A stretch of DNA of 63,531 nt, the filler included, from Intoshia linei (lineage: Eukaryota > Animalia > Orthonectida): NCBI GenBank assembly GCA_001642005.1. It is 7 parts of 7 records of this genome, joined end to end, with 100 filler letters (N's around TTAATTAATTAA, not from the genome) between each part and the next. Parts side by side here need not be neighbours in the genome. Positions count along the whole stretch, not along the records: positions 1 to 12,650 come from LWCA01001117.1; 6 more parts are not named here. One strand, written 5' to 3'. The translations under genes were made by a program, and so were the position numbers. Within the stretch, counting starts at the first letter, position 1. Each line of letters opens with the position of its first letter. Of this stretch, positions 1 to 12,650 are shown one piece after another. The notes below the pieces were generated by a model, which was not told the origin of the DNA, did not search any database, and was given only the letters and a program-made list of their open reading frames with translations.

Positions 1-1400
1 AAATATTCGTAAAGATATAATGATTTATAATAAAGTTACAATAAAAACGACATTTCTTATGAAACGACCTAATATGATGACGAATAAAAATTTTCGGCTT
101 AAAATTCACTATAAAGGCAGTTTTCTGTCTCAAAATTGTGTTTTATTTTTCATTTTTTATTATTTTAGACATAATGAAAATCTCTTGAACACTACCGTTT
201 TTGATGTCCACAATTCTACAGAAGAATCATAATATTTAGAATCAACAAATTATTGATAGAATGAATGATTAAAATAAATAAATGCATTTATTTTATAATC
301 AATTTTTTACAGTGAGTCGATCGTAAAGTATATATATATTTTTTTATCACAAACAAGTTTAATTTTTGAACAATTTGAATGTAAATGAGTATTATCTGAG
401 AATTAAAATTAAAATCGTCATAAGACCATTTTAAAAGTAATTCTCAAATTTTTATGATATTCAACAATTTATTTTTTATAATATTAAATTTTAAAAAATG
501 ACGCTCCAATTTTACAAAAATATCGTCATGCCCCCAGATGGAGGCTAGGATGCGGTATGTTCAGCACTGCCCGAATGGTTTGTTAAAATTAAATATTTCT
601 AAAAAATATGGATAAAAGTGAATTGTTCCCATGGGTCAGAGATTCCTAAACTGTGCGCTCCTAGACAAAATTAGCAGCGTCACGAGATTTTTAACTATAA
701 TGCAAAAATTTTAATTTTATACAAATATTGTAGAAGTGATTTATAATGTTTAAACATTTGAGTGGACATTTTTTTGGGGATTATTCTAGCAAGGCGAACA
801 TTCATATGAGCAATACATCTTAGACTCTAAGACTTAGAACAACATAATCATCAATTGCCAACTTTTCGTACTGCGATTGTTGTCAATATCATTTCCATAT
901 TCACTTTTCTTTTTTTTAAATTTTCTGCTTATTGGAACTCTATAATAATTATTTCTTTTATATAAGCAGTCCCAATTTTTGTCTAAATCAGCAATAAGGA
1001 TACTAAATGTAATTAAAATGATACAATAGTGGTTTAAATTAAAATTATTAAATTAAATCATCGAAAATGAAAAATAACTCGCTAAAATTTCACAAACCAT
1101 GCAAAGTGTGATATAGCCCCTAATGACCTCTATAAGGCTCTTGAATTGATATTTTAAATTTAAAATAAAAAATAGTTATGAATCACAATATTAAAGAATA
1201 TATTAACATTTTTAATACTCAATTTGGAAAAATGAGGGCCCATTTTACATAAATGTCATCGAGGGCCCCGAAAATAGGTCTCTGATACAGTAGGTTCTCC
1301 ACTGTATCCAGGAAAGATTGAAAAGCTATAATGAGTTAAATTCATTGAGTTTAGTATATAATTTAGACTAGAACAGTAGTAGTTAATCTGAACGGCCTAT

Positions 1401-2117
1401 TTAATTCAAAATACTTACCATATTTGGCATTTTTTTAATAGACGTCTTATTTAAATCACACACTGCAATCTTGGCGTAAATATGAAAATAAGATAATGTT
1501 GTCTTTAAAGAATAAAAAGAATTTTCACCACACCTTGAATTTTGCATTAAAATTGGTTCAATAATATGAATGTCCTTGATAATGAAAACGAAACCCGGTT
1601 TATTACAATGATTGCATTTAAAATTGTATTTTTCTTCATTGAATTTTGATTTATTCCTTGTAGATTTAAAATCAATTAATGATTTATAATTGAAACATTT
1701 TTTACTCTTTATTAATTTAATTTTCTGCAAAATGTAATTAAGAGGATTATATATTAGAATGTTTAAGTTATCCACCAAAGATTCAGAATACATTTTTATA
1801 TTTAAATCTGTCCAATAGCATATATTTTTCAGTTTGAATAATTAAAGTAGATATAAAAAATTATTGGTAAATAAATTTATAGTTGGTAAATGTAAATTTA
1901 ATTTGTCCAAAAATAAATGGCTAGTCTCAATTGATATGTTTATATTTTCAAATTGTTTTTTCTCGTATATCCAGATTGTGTTTTTTATTCGATATAATTT
2001 TATATTGTAGAATAAGATTTTTGGTGATTTTTCTCCAAAATTATTTTGTAATAGTATTTCTATATAATTTCCTGTTGCAGCACACCACTCTAATTTAATA
2101 TAATATTTATTGTGCAA
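1401..2117 (-). pseudogene. Lineage-specific reading frame of about 238 codons with one in-frame TAA; partial second copy nearby
   Basis: Track ORFs 1842..2117 and 1401..1793 are in the same frame (FLYLL*LFKLKNICYWTDLNIKMYSES) and have no upstream in-frame ATG. 1945-2055 is repeated nearly identically at about 8776-8883. Confidence 0.45.
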
Positions 2118-3248
2118 TGTACATTACGTTTAAAAAATTATGGTTTTATAATTGGGATCAGTCAAGGTTGAATAACCAAAAAATAACCGAATTTGTTGAA
2201 AAAAGATTTCAATTCTACTAAAATTTGATGGACCCAGAGCCGTAGCTACTAGCTACAAAGCTTTTTAAAATTTAAGACGGAATTTTAGTCATTTATATAA
2301 ACGTTTTGAAATAACTATTTATACACTCAAAAATTTTTCATAAAATTGATGACCGCTCAACGGTCGAAATACACTCCAATATTCTGTATCATTAAATATC
2401 AATTTACATTTTTTTACATGGACTTCGTCCCGAATGCGTCAACTTAGACTTTTAATAATCAAGCTTAAGTAAAATATCCTCTTTTTCCACTTTTTTTTTG
2501 AAAAATCTTATAAGCAACTTCTTAAGCCAAAATCAAAAATAAAAAATAAAATTTTACCAACCCTCAATAAAAATATCCTCTTTTTCCAATATTTTTTTGA
2601 ACACGATTTTATTAAATCTTATGATGAAAAACCTTTAATTTTTTGAAATGGGGTACACCATTATAACCGGAAACCACTGTATTAACACAATGAAAAAATG
2701 AATATATTTTGATTTCCATTGCATTTAACCTATATTTGACGGTCATTTCATATAATTAATAATCAACCTTTATTATCATCATTAATCCAGAAGAAAATAA
2801 TGTTTTACGCAAAGCTTTTAATTTGAACCGAAAAAGCTTTAGTATAATTATGATGCTAGTCGTTTTAAGTTAATATTTAACAGAATTTTTGTACTTTAGA
2901 AAAATTCAGACCGTTAATGAGGAATTCCGTTAAATGGGAATTAGCCTCTAGTAATTAAACTTGTATTAGCATACAAATAAAAATTACCAATCGAGTTTTC
3001 TTTGATATTATGTACGAATCGACAAAATCTAAAAAACAAAAAGTCAAGAATAAACACACATTAAAAATCATGACAAAAATCAAAACTAAATTTAAAAAAA
3101 ATAATCTCACAATAATCGAGACCTGTAAATAAAAGATGTATATAATTGAATTGGAAAAGAAGAATTATATTAGGTATAAGAGTATAGGAAACGACATTAA
3201 AGAATATTTTAATCAATTATAAAACAATTTGACAAATTAAATTATAAA

Positions 3249-5159
3249 TTATGACAATTGTTTGATAATTTCAGTCAAATCAGTAGAAGTTGGGGATCGT
3301 CCAGCAAACCTGAGTCGATGATTACCAATTTGTTTTCTCAGAATTTTATGATAATTTGTCGATTTAAATGCAAACGTGTTACACAGATGAGACAAGTGAG
3401 TTTTGGGGAAATTGGTATAATGAGAATTTGATAAATTGATTCCAGAGTAAACAGGCTTGGCGGGTTCGTTGGTTTGACCCATTTTAATGATTTCGTCGAT
3501 ATTTTGTGGTAAATTTTCAAAATAACTTTGATCTTTGATTTTTAAGATATAATCCTTAATATTGGGTTTAGGTACTTTTTCATTTAAATTTAATTTGTCC
3601 AAGAGAGTGTGATTTGAGAATATGACTGAATTGTAGACGGATCTGATACGATTAATATTTAATTCCTTGGGAGGATAACACCGAGAAGAATGTTTTAGAG
3701 TAGACTTGATTAAACTTCTAGTTAAACGAATCCAATTTTGAGGGCGAACCATAAAATTGCTTCTAGGTTTATAAGGGTAATTGGTATAATTTTTTTGAAA
3801 CATGGAACCTTCTCCAATATAAAAAATTCCATGATCTTCAGCTAAATGAGATTTCATGCTAGATTGACTGGAAAAGTATTTCTTACAATTTTCATAGACG
3901 CATTTTTCAAACTCTTGACCATTTTTTTCTAAATTGTCCATCCAACTTTGATCAATTTTTCCGTCCAAATTGTAAATTTCAGATAAGGCACTATAATATT
4001 TCCAATAATCCCAACATTTCTGACACAATCTAAATTTGTTAGATATTGGGCCCCATGTATACCAATTTTCAGTATTGTCAATTTTGCAGTTGTAGCAAAT
4101 TTTTTCTATACAAGCTTTATCATATTGAGGTAGAATTAAACAACCGTCCACATCATCTCTGTTTTTAATGGTAATACAAGGAATAAATTTTTCAATATGT
4201 CGTTTTTTGTCTTGTTTGTAAAAATCGTAAGAATGAGTACACTTCCAGTTGTAATAAAAATCAACAATTTCTTTGATATCGCGATGTTTTAAATGAAATT
4301 TCGTGATAAAGTCAAAATCTTTACCGTATTTCATTACACAAGACTCAAATGTGTCTATATCCGATAGAGGCCAAGATTCAATGCTATCTTTAGGAGAATT
4401 TTGTTTATTCGGAGTCAAACTCAGTAAAGCTTTTTTAATGTCATAATCATGCAAATGCAGTAAATCGTACGCATTCATCAAATGTACATCTTTGGATGAT
4501 AAAGCACTTTCCACGTGTAAACTCTGCTCTTTGTCATTGCTAGTTTTAATAAAAGTTTCAATGCATTTGACAGCCATAATAAATGATTTTATCGAAGAAT
4601 CATCCAATTTATTATAACGTTCCCAAACACATGTTGAATACTGTCTAGCTTCATTGTATTCATTATTTAAATAAAATGGTTCAACAGCTTGATAATCTTG
4701 TCCAATCCTAGTTTTCTTTTTTTCGTTGCAAATTTGACCATGTTGATCGAAAACTGAATAATAATAAAAAAAATTTGATGTATTCAAGATATTTTTTACG
4801 TCCAATGTCGAGTTTAGAATAGAGACAAAACATTTCGATCGAATTTTATTAATATCTATAATTTCATAAATTTTTGTCATGTAAACGTGGCGGTGTTTCA
4901 GTTTATGGTAATCTTGATCATTTAGTTGTCTAAATACACTATTCAATTGAGTAGTGTCACTCCAAGCACCATTTTCGTGGTTCATTTTTAAAATGTCGTC
5001 ATGTCTTAATATTATTTGAATACGAGCTTCAATTAAATTATCCTCCATTTTATGCAATTTATCAATTCGTCCTATTTTGTATGGAATTGAAAATGCCTTG
5101 TCATAAAATATGTAATCTCCAGTATGATAAATTGTAGACAAGTCTGATATTTCAACCAT
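3249..5159 (-). CDS. MTA1: Metastasis-associated protein (NuRD subunit), single coding exon, 636 aa
   Basis: BAH (GDYIFYD..PYKIGRI), ELM2 (RIGQDYQA), SANT (W...D...FE....KYGKDF..I...L......EIVDFYYNWK), GATA finger (CYNC...WYTWGP...LCQKCWDYWKYY), a C2H2-like finger, and R1/R2-like motifs (KPRSNF..., LRFAGRSP). Confidence 0.93.
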   Translation of the reverse strand: MVEISDLSTIYHTGDYIFYDKAFSIPYKIGRIDKLHKMEDNLIEARIQIILRHDDILKMNHENGAWSDTTQLNSVFRQLNDQDYHKLKHRHVYMTKIYEIIDINKIRSKCFVSILNSTLDVKNILNTSNFFYYYSVFDQHGQICNEKKKTRIGQDYQAVEPFYLNNEYNEARQYSTCVWERYNKLDDSSIKSFIMAVKCIETFIKTSNDKEQSLHVESALSSKDVHLMNAYDLLHLHDYDIKKALLSLTPNKQNSPKDSIESWPLSDIDTFESCVMKYGKDFDFITKFHLKHRDIKEIVDFYYNWKCTHSYDFYKQDKKRHIEKFIPCITIKNRDDVDGCLILPQYDKACIEKICYNCKIDNTENWYTWGPISNKFRLCQKCWDYWKYYSALSEIYNLDGKIDQSWMDNLEKNGQEFEKCVYENCKKYFSSQSSMKSHLAEDHGIFYIGEGSMFQKNYTNYPYKPRSNFMVRPQNWIRLTRSLIKSTLKHSSRCYPPKELNINRIRSVYNSVIFSNHTLLDKLNLNEKVPKPNIKDYILKIKDQSYFENLPQNIDEIIKMGQTNEPAKPVYSGINLSNSHYTNFPKTHLSHLCNTFAFKSTNYHKILRKQIGNHRLRFAGRSPTSTDLTEIIKQLS

Positions 5160-5748
5160 TCCTAAATTTCTGTATTATACAAGTATTCCAAATTACCAAT
5201 TTTTTTTAATTAATGTAGTTTGGTAGTTTGTATTGTTTTACCTATATTTAAATTTCGAAATGCACAAATATTTTTTATTTTTGTTTCTATGCGATAAATA
5301 ATCAATTTTCATAAATTTTGTGTAACGATAATATCTATTTTAATTTTTTTTAATAAATTTAACTTTATTTTAACATTAAATGACTTTTATCATGATTCAT
5401 TAATCGTAAATTGAAATTTCAATGTCACAAATTTTCCATATCAAAAATGTTTGTTTCAAATCAATGTCAAATAATTGTAATCAAAAAGTATTCTAAATAT
5501 CAAAATGTAACAATTACATGGTGTACAGAGTTGCCAGATACAAAGTTAAATTTTTTTTAATTAAAAACGATGATTTTGAAATTTGTACTGTTGATTTTTG
5601 CTGAAATAGTGCCATTAATTAATCATAAATCTAGTTTTAACAGTTTAGTTCTAAACTTTAGAATGTACAATTTAATTATAATTCATGCAAATTTATTTTG
5701 AATTTATGGAAATTTTCCATTTTAAAAAATTTCTGTCAAATTATAATA

Positions 5749-5810
5749 CAGTCCGACCCCGCTTTGGGGCAAACCTCGGTGTGGGGCATACTCGTGTTTT
5801 GGGGCACTTT
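5749..5810. mobile_element. pogo/Tigger-like terminal fragment
   Basis: TA followed by CAGTCCGACCCCGCT and repeated TGGGGCA motifs; no partner end found. Confidence 0.35.
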
Positions 5811-5839
5811 TTCAGAATTATGTTAATCTTATACTATTC

Positions 5840-6225
5840 ATATCTTGCTGGATGTTCATAACTTGTTGATTTTAACGCTACACAAGCCAAACTAGTTTCA
5901 TCGTGAAGTATATTCCTTTTATGATTTTTGACATTATTCTGTAACGTAATAAGTTTAATAACAGAAAAATATAAAACAAATTGTATCAATTATTCAACTT
6001 TAACTTTTGTATCTTCTGTCACCATAGTGACCAGCTACATATTCACAAGAATATGTAGATGAAAACATAGTTAATATAGCTTTAGCATAGACATTTCAGA
6101 CTATTAATTGTTTCAGGTATAGAATTCCAAACTTCTAATAACATATTTGATTGGTCAAAGTAGGTAACATCTTCAAATGATTTTGTAAGTCTATTTCGTT
6201 CTATTACTTCAATTTCTGATATCAC
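5840..6225 (-). mobile_element. hAT (Buster/SPIN, GTF2IRD2-like) transposase C-terminal relic
   Basis: Frameshifted translation LLEVWNSIPETINSLK/AKAILTMFSSTYSCE...RNILHDETSLACVALKST matches the hAT dimerisation region. Confidence 0.7.
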
Positions 6226-6404
6226 TTATTTTTGTAATATTTTTTATTTGAAGTGAACTTATTTATTTTTTAAGTATGTAAAAAAAATATCAAGTGTGTA
6301 TTTTTTACACGCAAACACGTACATTGTCATCACTGTTATACACTCATTCTCTCTCGGCATTTTTATATAAAATTTAATTTTTGGTAGAAAAATAAAAAAA
6401 AAAT

Positions 6405-6462
6405 CGCCATCGGCAAAACTACATTAGGTGCTGTTTGTACATAGTACATAAGAGCAAACTAG
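6405..6462 (+). mobile_element. Helitron 3' end fragment
   Basis: TCGGCA...TAGGTGCTGTTTGTAC-ATA-GTACATAAGAG hairpin, then CTAG at 6459-6462. Confidence 0.6.
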
Positions 6463-6757
6463 ATTCTATAATAATTTGCTAATGAGTTAAATATAATTTA
6501 AAAAGTAATTGTAACAACAAGTAATGTTATACATGTCAAATTTAAAACATGATTCTTGTTAAAATCGATTTTATAATGAAATTTCTTTCATTAATTATAA
6601 TGAATATCTAAAATATTTTTAACCATTATGTACATTCGTCTTTCCTGAATAAAATGAATGCATTTAAATAAAAACATGTGAATGCTTATAATCATGAATG
6701 GTAAAGTTTCAGTCAAAGGATTAATAAAACTTTAAATTATTACAAATATTAGTTTAT

Positions 6758-8565
6758 ATGTATTTTTCAACTTTCACATTTCTTTCAATTTTAGCGACAA
6801 GTGTATTATCAAATATAAATACGTGTAATTCTTTATATTTTTTAAATCACCCCTTATTCTTTTGTCACATTAACTTAGTTTAAAAAAACTGGATAAATTT
6901 ACAAAAAATCAAAATTTACACCAGTGATTACACCATATGGGTGACATTAAATTTTTTACATATTACTCTTGACATAACTTGATATTATTAAAAAATGTAA
7001 ATATTTTTTAGTATGTACGAAATTTAAATGCCTACCGATATATATACATCAAAAGTGTGGCTACAATGCTCAAAATTGTGGAAATTTACAGAAACCTTGC
7101 GAGTCAATGTCATTTGCACTCAAAAAATTTACAAAATCAAACGATATTTTATTAATATACATTCTATATCAAGTGCAAGATCAATTTTATTTTAACAAAC
7201 AAGTTACGGTGCATAATCAAACGTTATACATAACTAAACATAAACTGACAAATACACAATACTGTCGAACGAAAAATGAAAAAAATGTCCACAAAACAAC
7301 TCAAATTAGACAAATAGTCCAAAATGACCAAAAAAACCACCATCCACCACCATTTGAAAACATGTTCAAATTAAATGTGATCCAATCAACTGTAATATTT
7401 GACAATATTTCACTATTAAATATGGACTTTCACTTAATAAACTCTAATCTTGATATAAATGATTGCACATTTGTAAATTTTAAATTTAATTTTACTAGTC
7501 ATGTGAATAATTATCTACACATTCAAAATTCAATATTTGACATTTCTTTACCGCGTATTAAAAACAATAATCTCATTGTAAAATCTTATATTCTTGATAT
7601 TTACATTAAAAATTCAACATTTTACAATACATTTAAAATGTTTAAATTTAACAACGAAACCAATATGCAAATTCGTCAATCCATTTTTACTAATCACAAA
7701 TCACACTATATTCTCAGTGGACTATTTATTAAAGTGAATTATAGTTTAAACATTAATATTGATAATTCTACATTTGCATATCAACAGGAAAGGAATATCA
7801 TGTATAAATCCATTAATATACATAAAGGTTAATTTAATCTATTTAATTAATTATTAATTTCATAACCTTATTTACATTTGGCATTTTGAGTGAGTTCAGA
7901 AGCCATTTAATGTTACTGGTTGGTAAAAGGTAATATTTTCAAGTTTTAGAGTTTAAATATGGTTAAGGAATGAAAAAACATAAGTTAAAGTAAATTGAAC
8001 AATTTTTATTCTTTAAATACAACTTATACATACTGTTTCATGTTTCATTTTTTAAAGTAAAAATTAAATGGGTTGCAACTTGCAAGCTTTTTACGATATG
8101 ATAAATTAAAAGTATTAATTTACTATAATTTAGCAGCTCTCTTTATACGCTCCTACTCAAAAGAATCAAATCACTTTATAAATTTAAAATTCCATTTCAT
8201 TCAATTTAATATGAATTCTCGAGCATTATCAGTATTGGGCAATTTCAATACCATTGAAATAAAAAATTGTTCATTTTATAATAATACTGCGGTACACAAT
8301 TCTGCAGGAATTCTTATGCTTTCAAATTCATCTAGTTCAATAATTGACGGTTGTGAATTTATTAACAACACGTCTGGGGTTCCACCAAAACAAAATGTCG
8401 CAAAAGATGTAAATAAGGAAAAGAGTTATAGAGAGGGAAATGGAATAGATACCAATAATAAAACGAGTATTGTATACAACGAAAATACTATTTATATTAA
8501 ATCCAACTGTTGTAATGGAGTTGTGTCATTACGTAGTAAAGGAGGTGCAATAAGGATTATTACGG
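6758..8565 (+). CDS. Secreted parallel beta-helix (pectin-lyase/Pmp-like repeat) protein; 3' end not found
   Basis: Phase-consistent exons 6758-6800, 7012-7827 and 8134(or 8137)-8565. Signal-peptide-like MYFSTFTFLSILATIC, a CG-x4-PC motif, repeated I-x-N-S/C-x-F-x-N-N and GGAI. Confidence 0.7.
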
Positions 8566-9359
8566 GTATAATTTATTTACAATTTGTTAATATACTAGCT
8601 GACTGTTTTACTTTGATTATATTGTCGATATTAGTACGTAAATTAGATTATCTTGTTATAAACGCATATCGAATAAAATAATCTATCCAAAATTCATATC
8701 CATATATCATAATAACACTGTAACTTTGAAAATATAAACATATCACTTGAGATATGTTATATATGTATGTTTATATTTTCAAATTTTTTTTTCTCGTATA
8801 TCCAGATTGTGTTTTTATTCGATGTAATTTTATATTGTAGAATAAGATTTTTGATGATTTTTCTCCAAAATTATTTTGTAATGACATTCGGGGATCTCAA
8901 AAATATTTTCAGAATATCTACAATGTAGATTCTACATAGTACAAACTTAGAAATCAATTTTTAGAAAAATTTAGCGTGGAGGGTAGAAGTTACAACGAAC
9001 AAAAATAACGATTTTTAGATTTAATTTTAAATTTTAATAACAGGTTAATATGCGCAATGCACATTACATACAGTATATTTAAAATCGTCAAATTTTGAGG
9101 AATTTTAATATGAGGGTACTTATTCGATTCTGTTTGCCCTAATAACACAGTCTAACACCAAACAAATGCAAGAACTATGTATACATCATCTTTTTCATCT
9201 AAATAAGATGGTCAACGTAATATCAAATATTATTTTTCAATCACGTTCAGTTAAACATTTTTTTTAAATTGAGGTTAAAGTACCATAAATGCCCAAAATA
9301 GGGGATTTTCAAAGCCATATGAAACACAATTAAAAATTTCAAGAAGTTGTATTACTTTT

Positions 9360-10129
9360 AGTAATCGTTGTTGTAGTTTTAACTTACTGATTAAATTTTA
9401 GACAAAATGTTTTGTAAATGAGAATTTGAGATTTAAAAATTGCGTAGCAATGAAAAAAATTCCGAAGGAATGAATTATATAGATTTTCACACATATGTCT
9501 TTATTGAAAATGTGTAGAGGTTCAATACACATTTTTTTTAAAATTGTAGGATCAATATTTACATTTTCATTTTTGATTTTATATCAACTGGAATAAGCTC
9601 TATCAGAATAATTTTTTTTTTTATTTTTCGGACAGTTAATTATTTTACATTTTTTGTTTTAATAAAATATTTTGGATAAAAAATATATGAATACTAAAAT
9701 GCTTTTTTCACCGTGAAGGCGTCACTTATTCAAATTGACATTTTTGTGTGTGTTAACAGGATACAACTGTACCACCTGTAAATTTTTTGAAATTTAAAAA
9801 AAGGTAATTTGTGGTTTTGGCCCTGAAGATATATTTCTTTTAAATTTAAATTTATGATAATATTTATTATTTTAAAATCCGTATCAGAGTATATATTTTT
9901 TTAAATTCTCGACCTTGTTTGATTTTCAAAAAGAGGGACAACTGGGGTTTTTGACCCGTAAGATGTGAAATTGGGAGGTTGAAATTTATTTATTATACAT
10001 CCCGGAAAAAACTATAATTGAAATGTGGTCTTTAAAAAATTCTAAGAGTGGTAGTTATTTCAATAAAGTCACACACACAAACAAAAATCGCGTATCCTTT
10101 TATATAAGTTAGAATTTTATAAGTAAGGA
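9360..10129 (-). mobile_element. Helitron family, 5' half
   Basis: Homologous to about 18060-18878; ends in the A^TC-CTTACTTATA 5' terminus on the minus strand. Confidence 0.75.
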
Positions 10130-10301
10130 TAATTTTACAATAATAAATAAAATCTTACATTAAAAATAAATATGCAATGGAAAGTTTCAGTACTAAGTAG
10201 TTAGCCTTGAATAGTAATAGTAAAATGTAATGATTCATTATTAATAAATGCAAATAAAATGTTACATGTGTTTTATAAATCGATAACAACTTAGAGCTAT
10301 N

Positions 10302-10670
10302 TAAAACTTTTTCAATTCTAGGGCTGTTTTCATTAAAAAAAGATAATAAGGGGTTTCGGCCCTGAAGATATAATTTTTTTAAATTTAAATTTATGATAAT
10401 ATTTATTATTTTAAAATCCGTATCAGAGTATATATTTTTGTAAATTCTCGAACTCGACTGATTTTCAAAAAAAAGGAGAGGATTTTTGAGCCGTAAGACG
10501 TAAGTTTGGGCGGTTGAAATTTATTTTGCCAATTTATTAAATAAATTTATTAACACATGCGGAAAAAACTGTAATTAAAATGTGGACTTTATAAAATTCT
10601 AAGACTGGTAGTTATTGAAATAAACGGTAATACACACACAAACAAATATTGTATAGCATAGATATAAGTA
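10302..10670 (-). mobile_element. Helitron family, 5' part (second variant)
   Basis: Same internal motifs and terminal ACACAC/TATAAGT as the other copies; closest to 53198-53646. Confidence 0.7.
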
Positions 10671-10989
10671 ATGATAACTGTATACAGTCAATTCTGTTCT
10701 ATATGAACACCCTAGAATATGAACTTATAATTAGGTTATAAAACTTTTTATATTAATTTTTACAGAAATTGAAAAAATTGGTATAATGTCTGGCTTAAAT
10801 TTTGTATTGGTCGATAGAATGGAAAGTAAGTTAAAAGAATTATGGAATAACTACAGGAATGCAAAAAGGCAAATCAATTCTAGCAGATTTTGTTTATTTA
10901 AAAATAAAATTAAAATTTTGTTCAAATTTTACAAAGATGATCAGAGTATCACATTTAAAGAAGACCTAGAATTTTTTAAAATGCAAAAN

Positions 10990-11443
10990 AAATTTATGAT
11001 AATATTTATTATTTTAAAATCCGTATCAGAGTATATATTTTTTTAAATTCTCGACCTTGTTTGATTTTCAAAAAGAGGGACAACTGGGGTTTTTGACCCG
11101 TAAGATGTGAAATTGGGAGGTTGAAATTGATCTTATTATACATCCCGGAAAAAACTATAATTGAAATGTGGTCTTTAAAAAATTCTAAGAGTGGTAGTTA
11201 TTTCAATAAAGTCACACACACAAACAAAAATCGCGTATCCTTTTATATAAGTTAGAATTTTATAAGTAAGGATAATTTTACAATAATAAATAAAATCTTA
11301 CATTAAAAATAAATATGCAATGGAAAGTTTCAGTACTAAGTAGTTAGCCTTGAATAGTAATAGTAAAATGTAATGATTCATTATTAATAAATGCAAATAA
11401 AATGTTACATGTGTTTTATAAATCGATAACAACTTAGAGCTAT
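10990..11443. repeat. Near-identical duplicate of about 9848-10300 (probable contig-overlap artefact)
   Basis: Both copies abut single N positions (10301 and 10989) and differ in only a few bases. Confidence 0.7.
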
Positions 11444-11859
11444 GTTAAGGATATGTTTTAGAATCTAGATAATTATCAAAAACTATCAATTTAAAAAGAT
11501 TGAACCAGAACTAAAAACTTTGTTTTTTTACATAACGACACTTTATTATTATAATTACAATGCATTGTATGGATATTTTATGAACAAATTTGAAATACTT
11601 TTTGGTTACTTTACTTAACTTGCTGATAAAAATTATTTAAATTCTTATTCAAACAAAATAAATTATTATTGGAACTTAAACACAAGTTGATTATAGATAC
11701 AAGATGAATAAATTAGTAATAAATAAAATCAGATTAAAAAAAGTTGGAATAATTGCCTGTTCCGCAACTCTGGTTAAATTTTATTTTACACTTGTAGCTT
11801 ACATTTTTTAACCTTTATGCAACAATTCCATATGTAATTATAATTATATATTATTTTAG

Positions 11860-12126
11860 ATTTTTTTTGTATTTTATACACTTTACATTGTAAATGAAAA
11901 TAAAATTCACGGAAACGTTTCAAGGAAGCGAAATAAGAATTTTATCGATGACCATGTATTAGAACAAGTGAATAAACCGGAAATTAAATTAATGATGCAT
12001 GTTAATATTTATGTTGAAGCGGATTGCCCTGATACCGTCGATTTTATGAAGAAATCTTTTACTGAGGCGCGTAGTCTCATCCCGCATCTTTTTACTTATG
12101 ATTTAATTCCCTTTGGACATGCTACA
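11860..12126 (+). CDS. IFI30: GILT (gamma-interferon-inducible lysosomal thiol reductase)-like exon; partial gene
   Basis: AG/GT-bounded open exon: IFFVFYTLYIV...VNIYVEADCPDTVDF...LIPFGHAT, matching the GILT pattern V.LYYESLCP...LVPFGNA. Confidence 0.7.
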
Positions 12127-12515
12127 GTAATTTATAATAATCTAATATAAAAAACTGTGTAATTAATAATTCATGAATTTGAGTATCATGTATGACGTAC
12201 ACTGTACGTGATACAGAGCTTTGCAGAGTTATAAAATCACACCATGTGGGCCAATAGAGTCACAGGAAATTTTCATAAATTTTCATGGTTTTAGTAACAC
12301 ATTATAAGAGTTATTATTATTGCAACATATAATTTAATAGTTACAGCGTATAATTTCACCAGCGTCTATAGTTATAATGTTAGCGTCTAAATTAATAGCA
12401 GTAGCATTTATTTTATTTAAACACGTTATTTTTTATAAAACTAACTTTTAATTTATTGACAAATAGCTATTAACTGAATTTTTATTTTTAATTTTGTGAA
12501 TTAACTGTTAATTTA

Positions 12516-12650
12516 TCACTCCCTTAGCAAAGCTTGATTAGCCTGAGCTGGTCGTCCCTTCTTTCTTTTGACATTCAATGGGAGAGCTTTCGACTATTGA
12601 TGTACAATAAACCCATCAATTCTTAATCGTATTGCTATACCGATAGAATG
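12516..12650 (-). mobile_element. MULE/SWIM-type transposase C-terminal relic
   Basis: HSIGIAIRL...*SKALPLNVKRKKGRPAQANQALLRE* is a post-SWIM, AT-hook-like tail; it has an internal stop and is cut by the gap. Confidence 0.6.

Noticed and set aside
20-1000. 70-aa ORF and a possible hAT remnant (LRCIAH on the minus strand)
   Set aside because: The ORF is low-complexity and AT-rich, and the remnant is too degenerate to delimit.
1286-1306. TA-CAGT...ACTG-TA mini-palindrome resembling a Tc1 footprint
   Set aside because: Too short (17 bp) to distinguish from chance.
1842-1844. In-frame TAA as evidence for stop-codon reassignment
   Set aside because: Conserved genes here (MTA, ATAT1, PITP, ABCC, UBE2S) end at TAA and have no internal stops.
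9848-11443. About 450-bp direct repeats that look like LTRs or a segmental duplication
   Set aside because: Both copies end at single-N contig joins, and no TG..CA ends, PBS or TSD are present. Most likely an assembly overlap.
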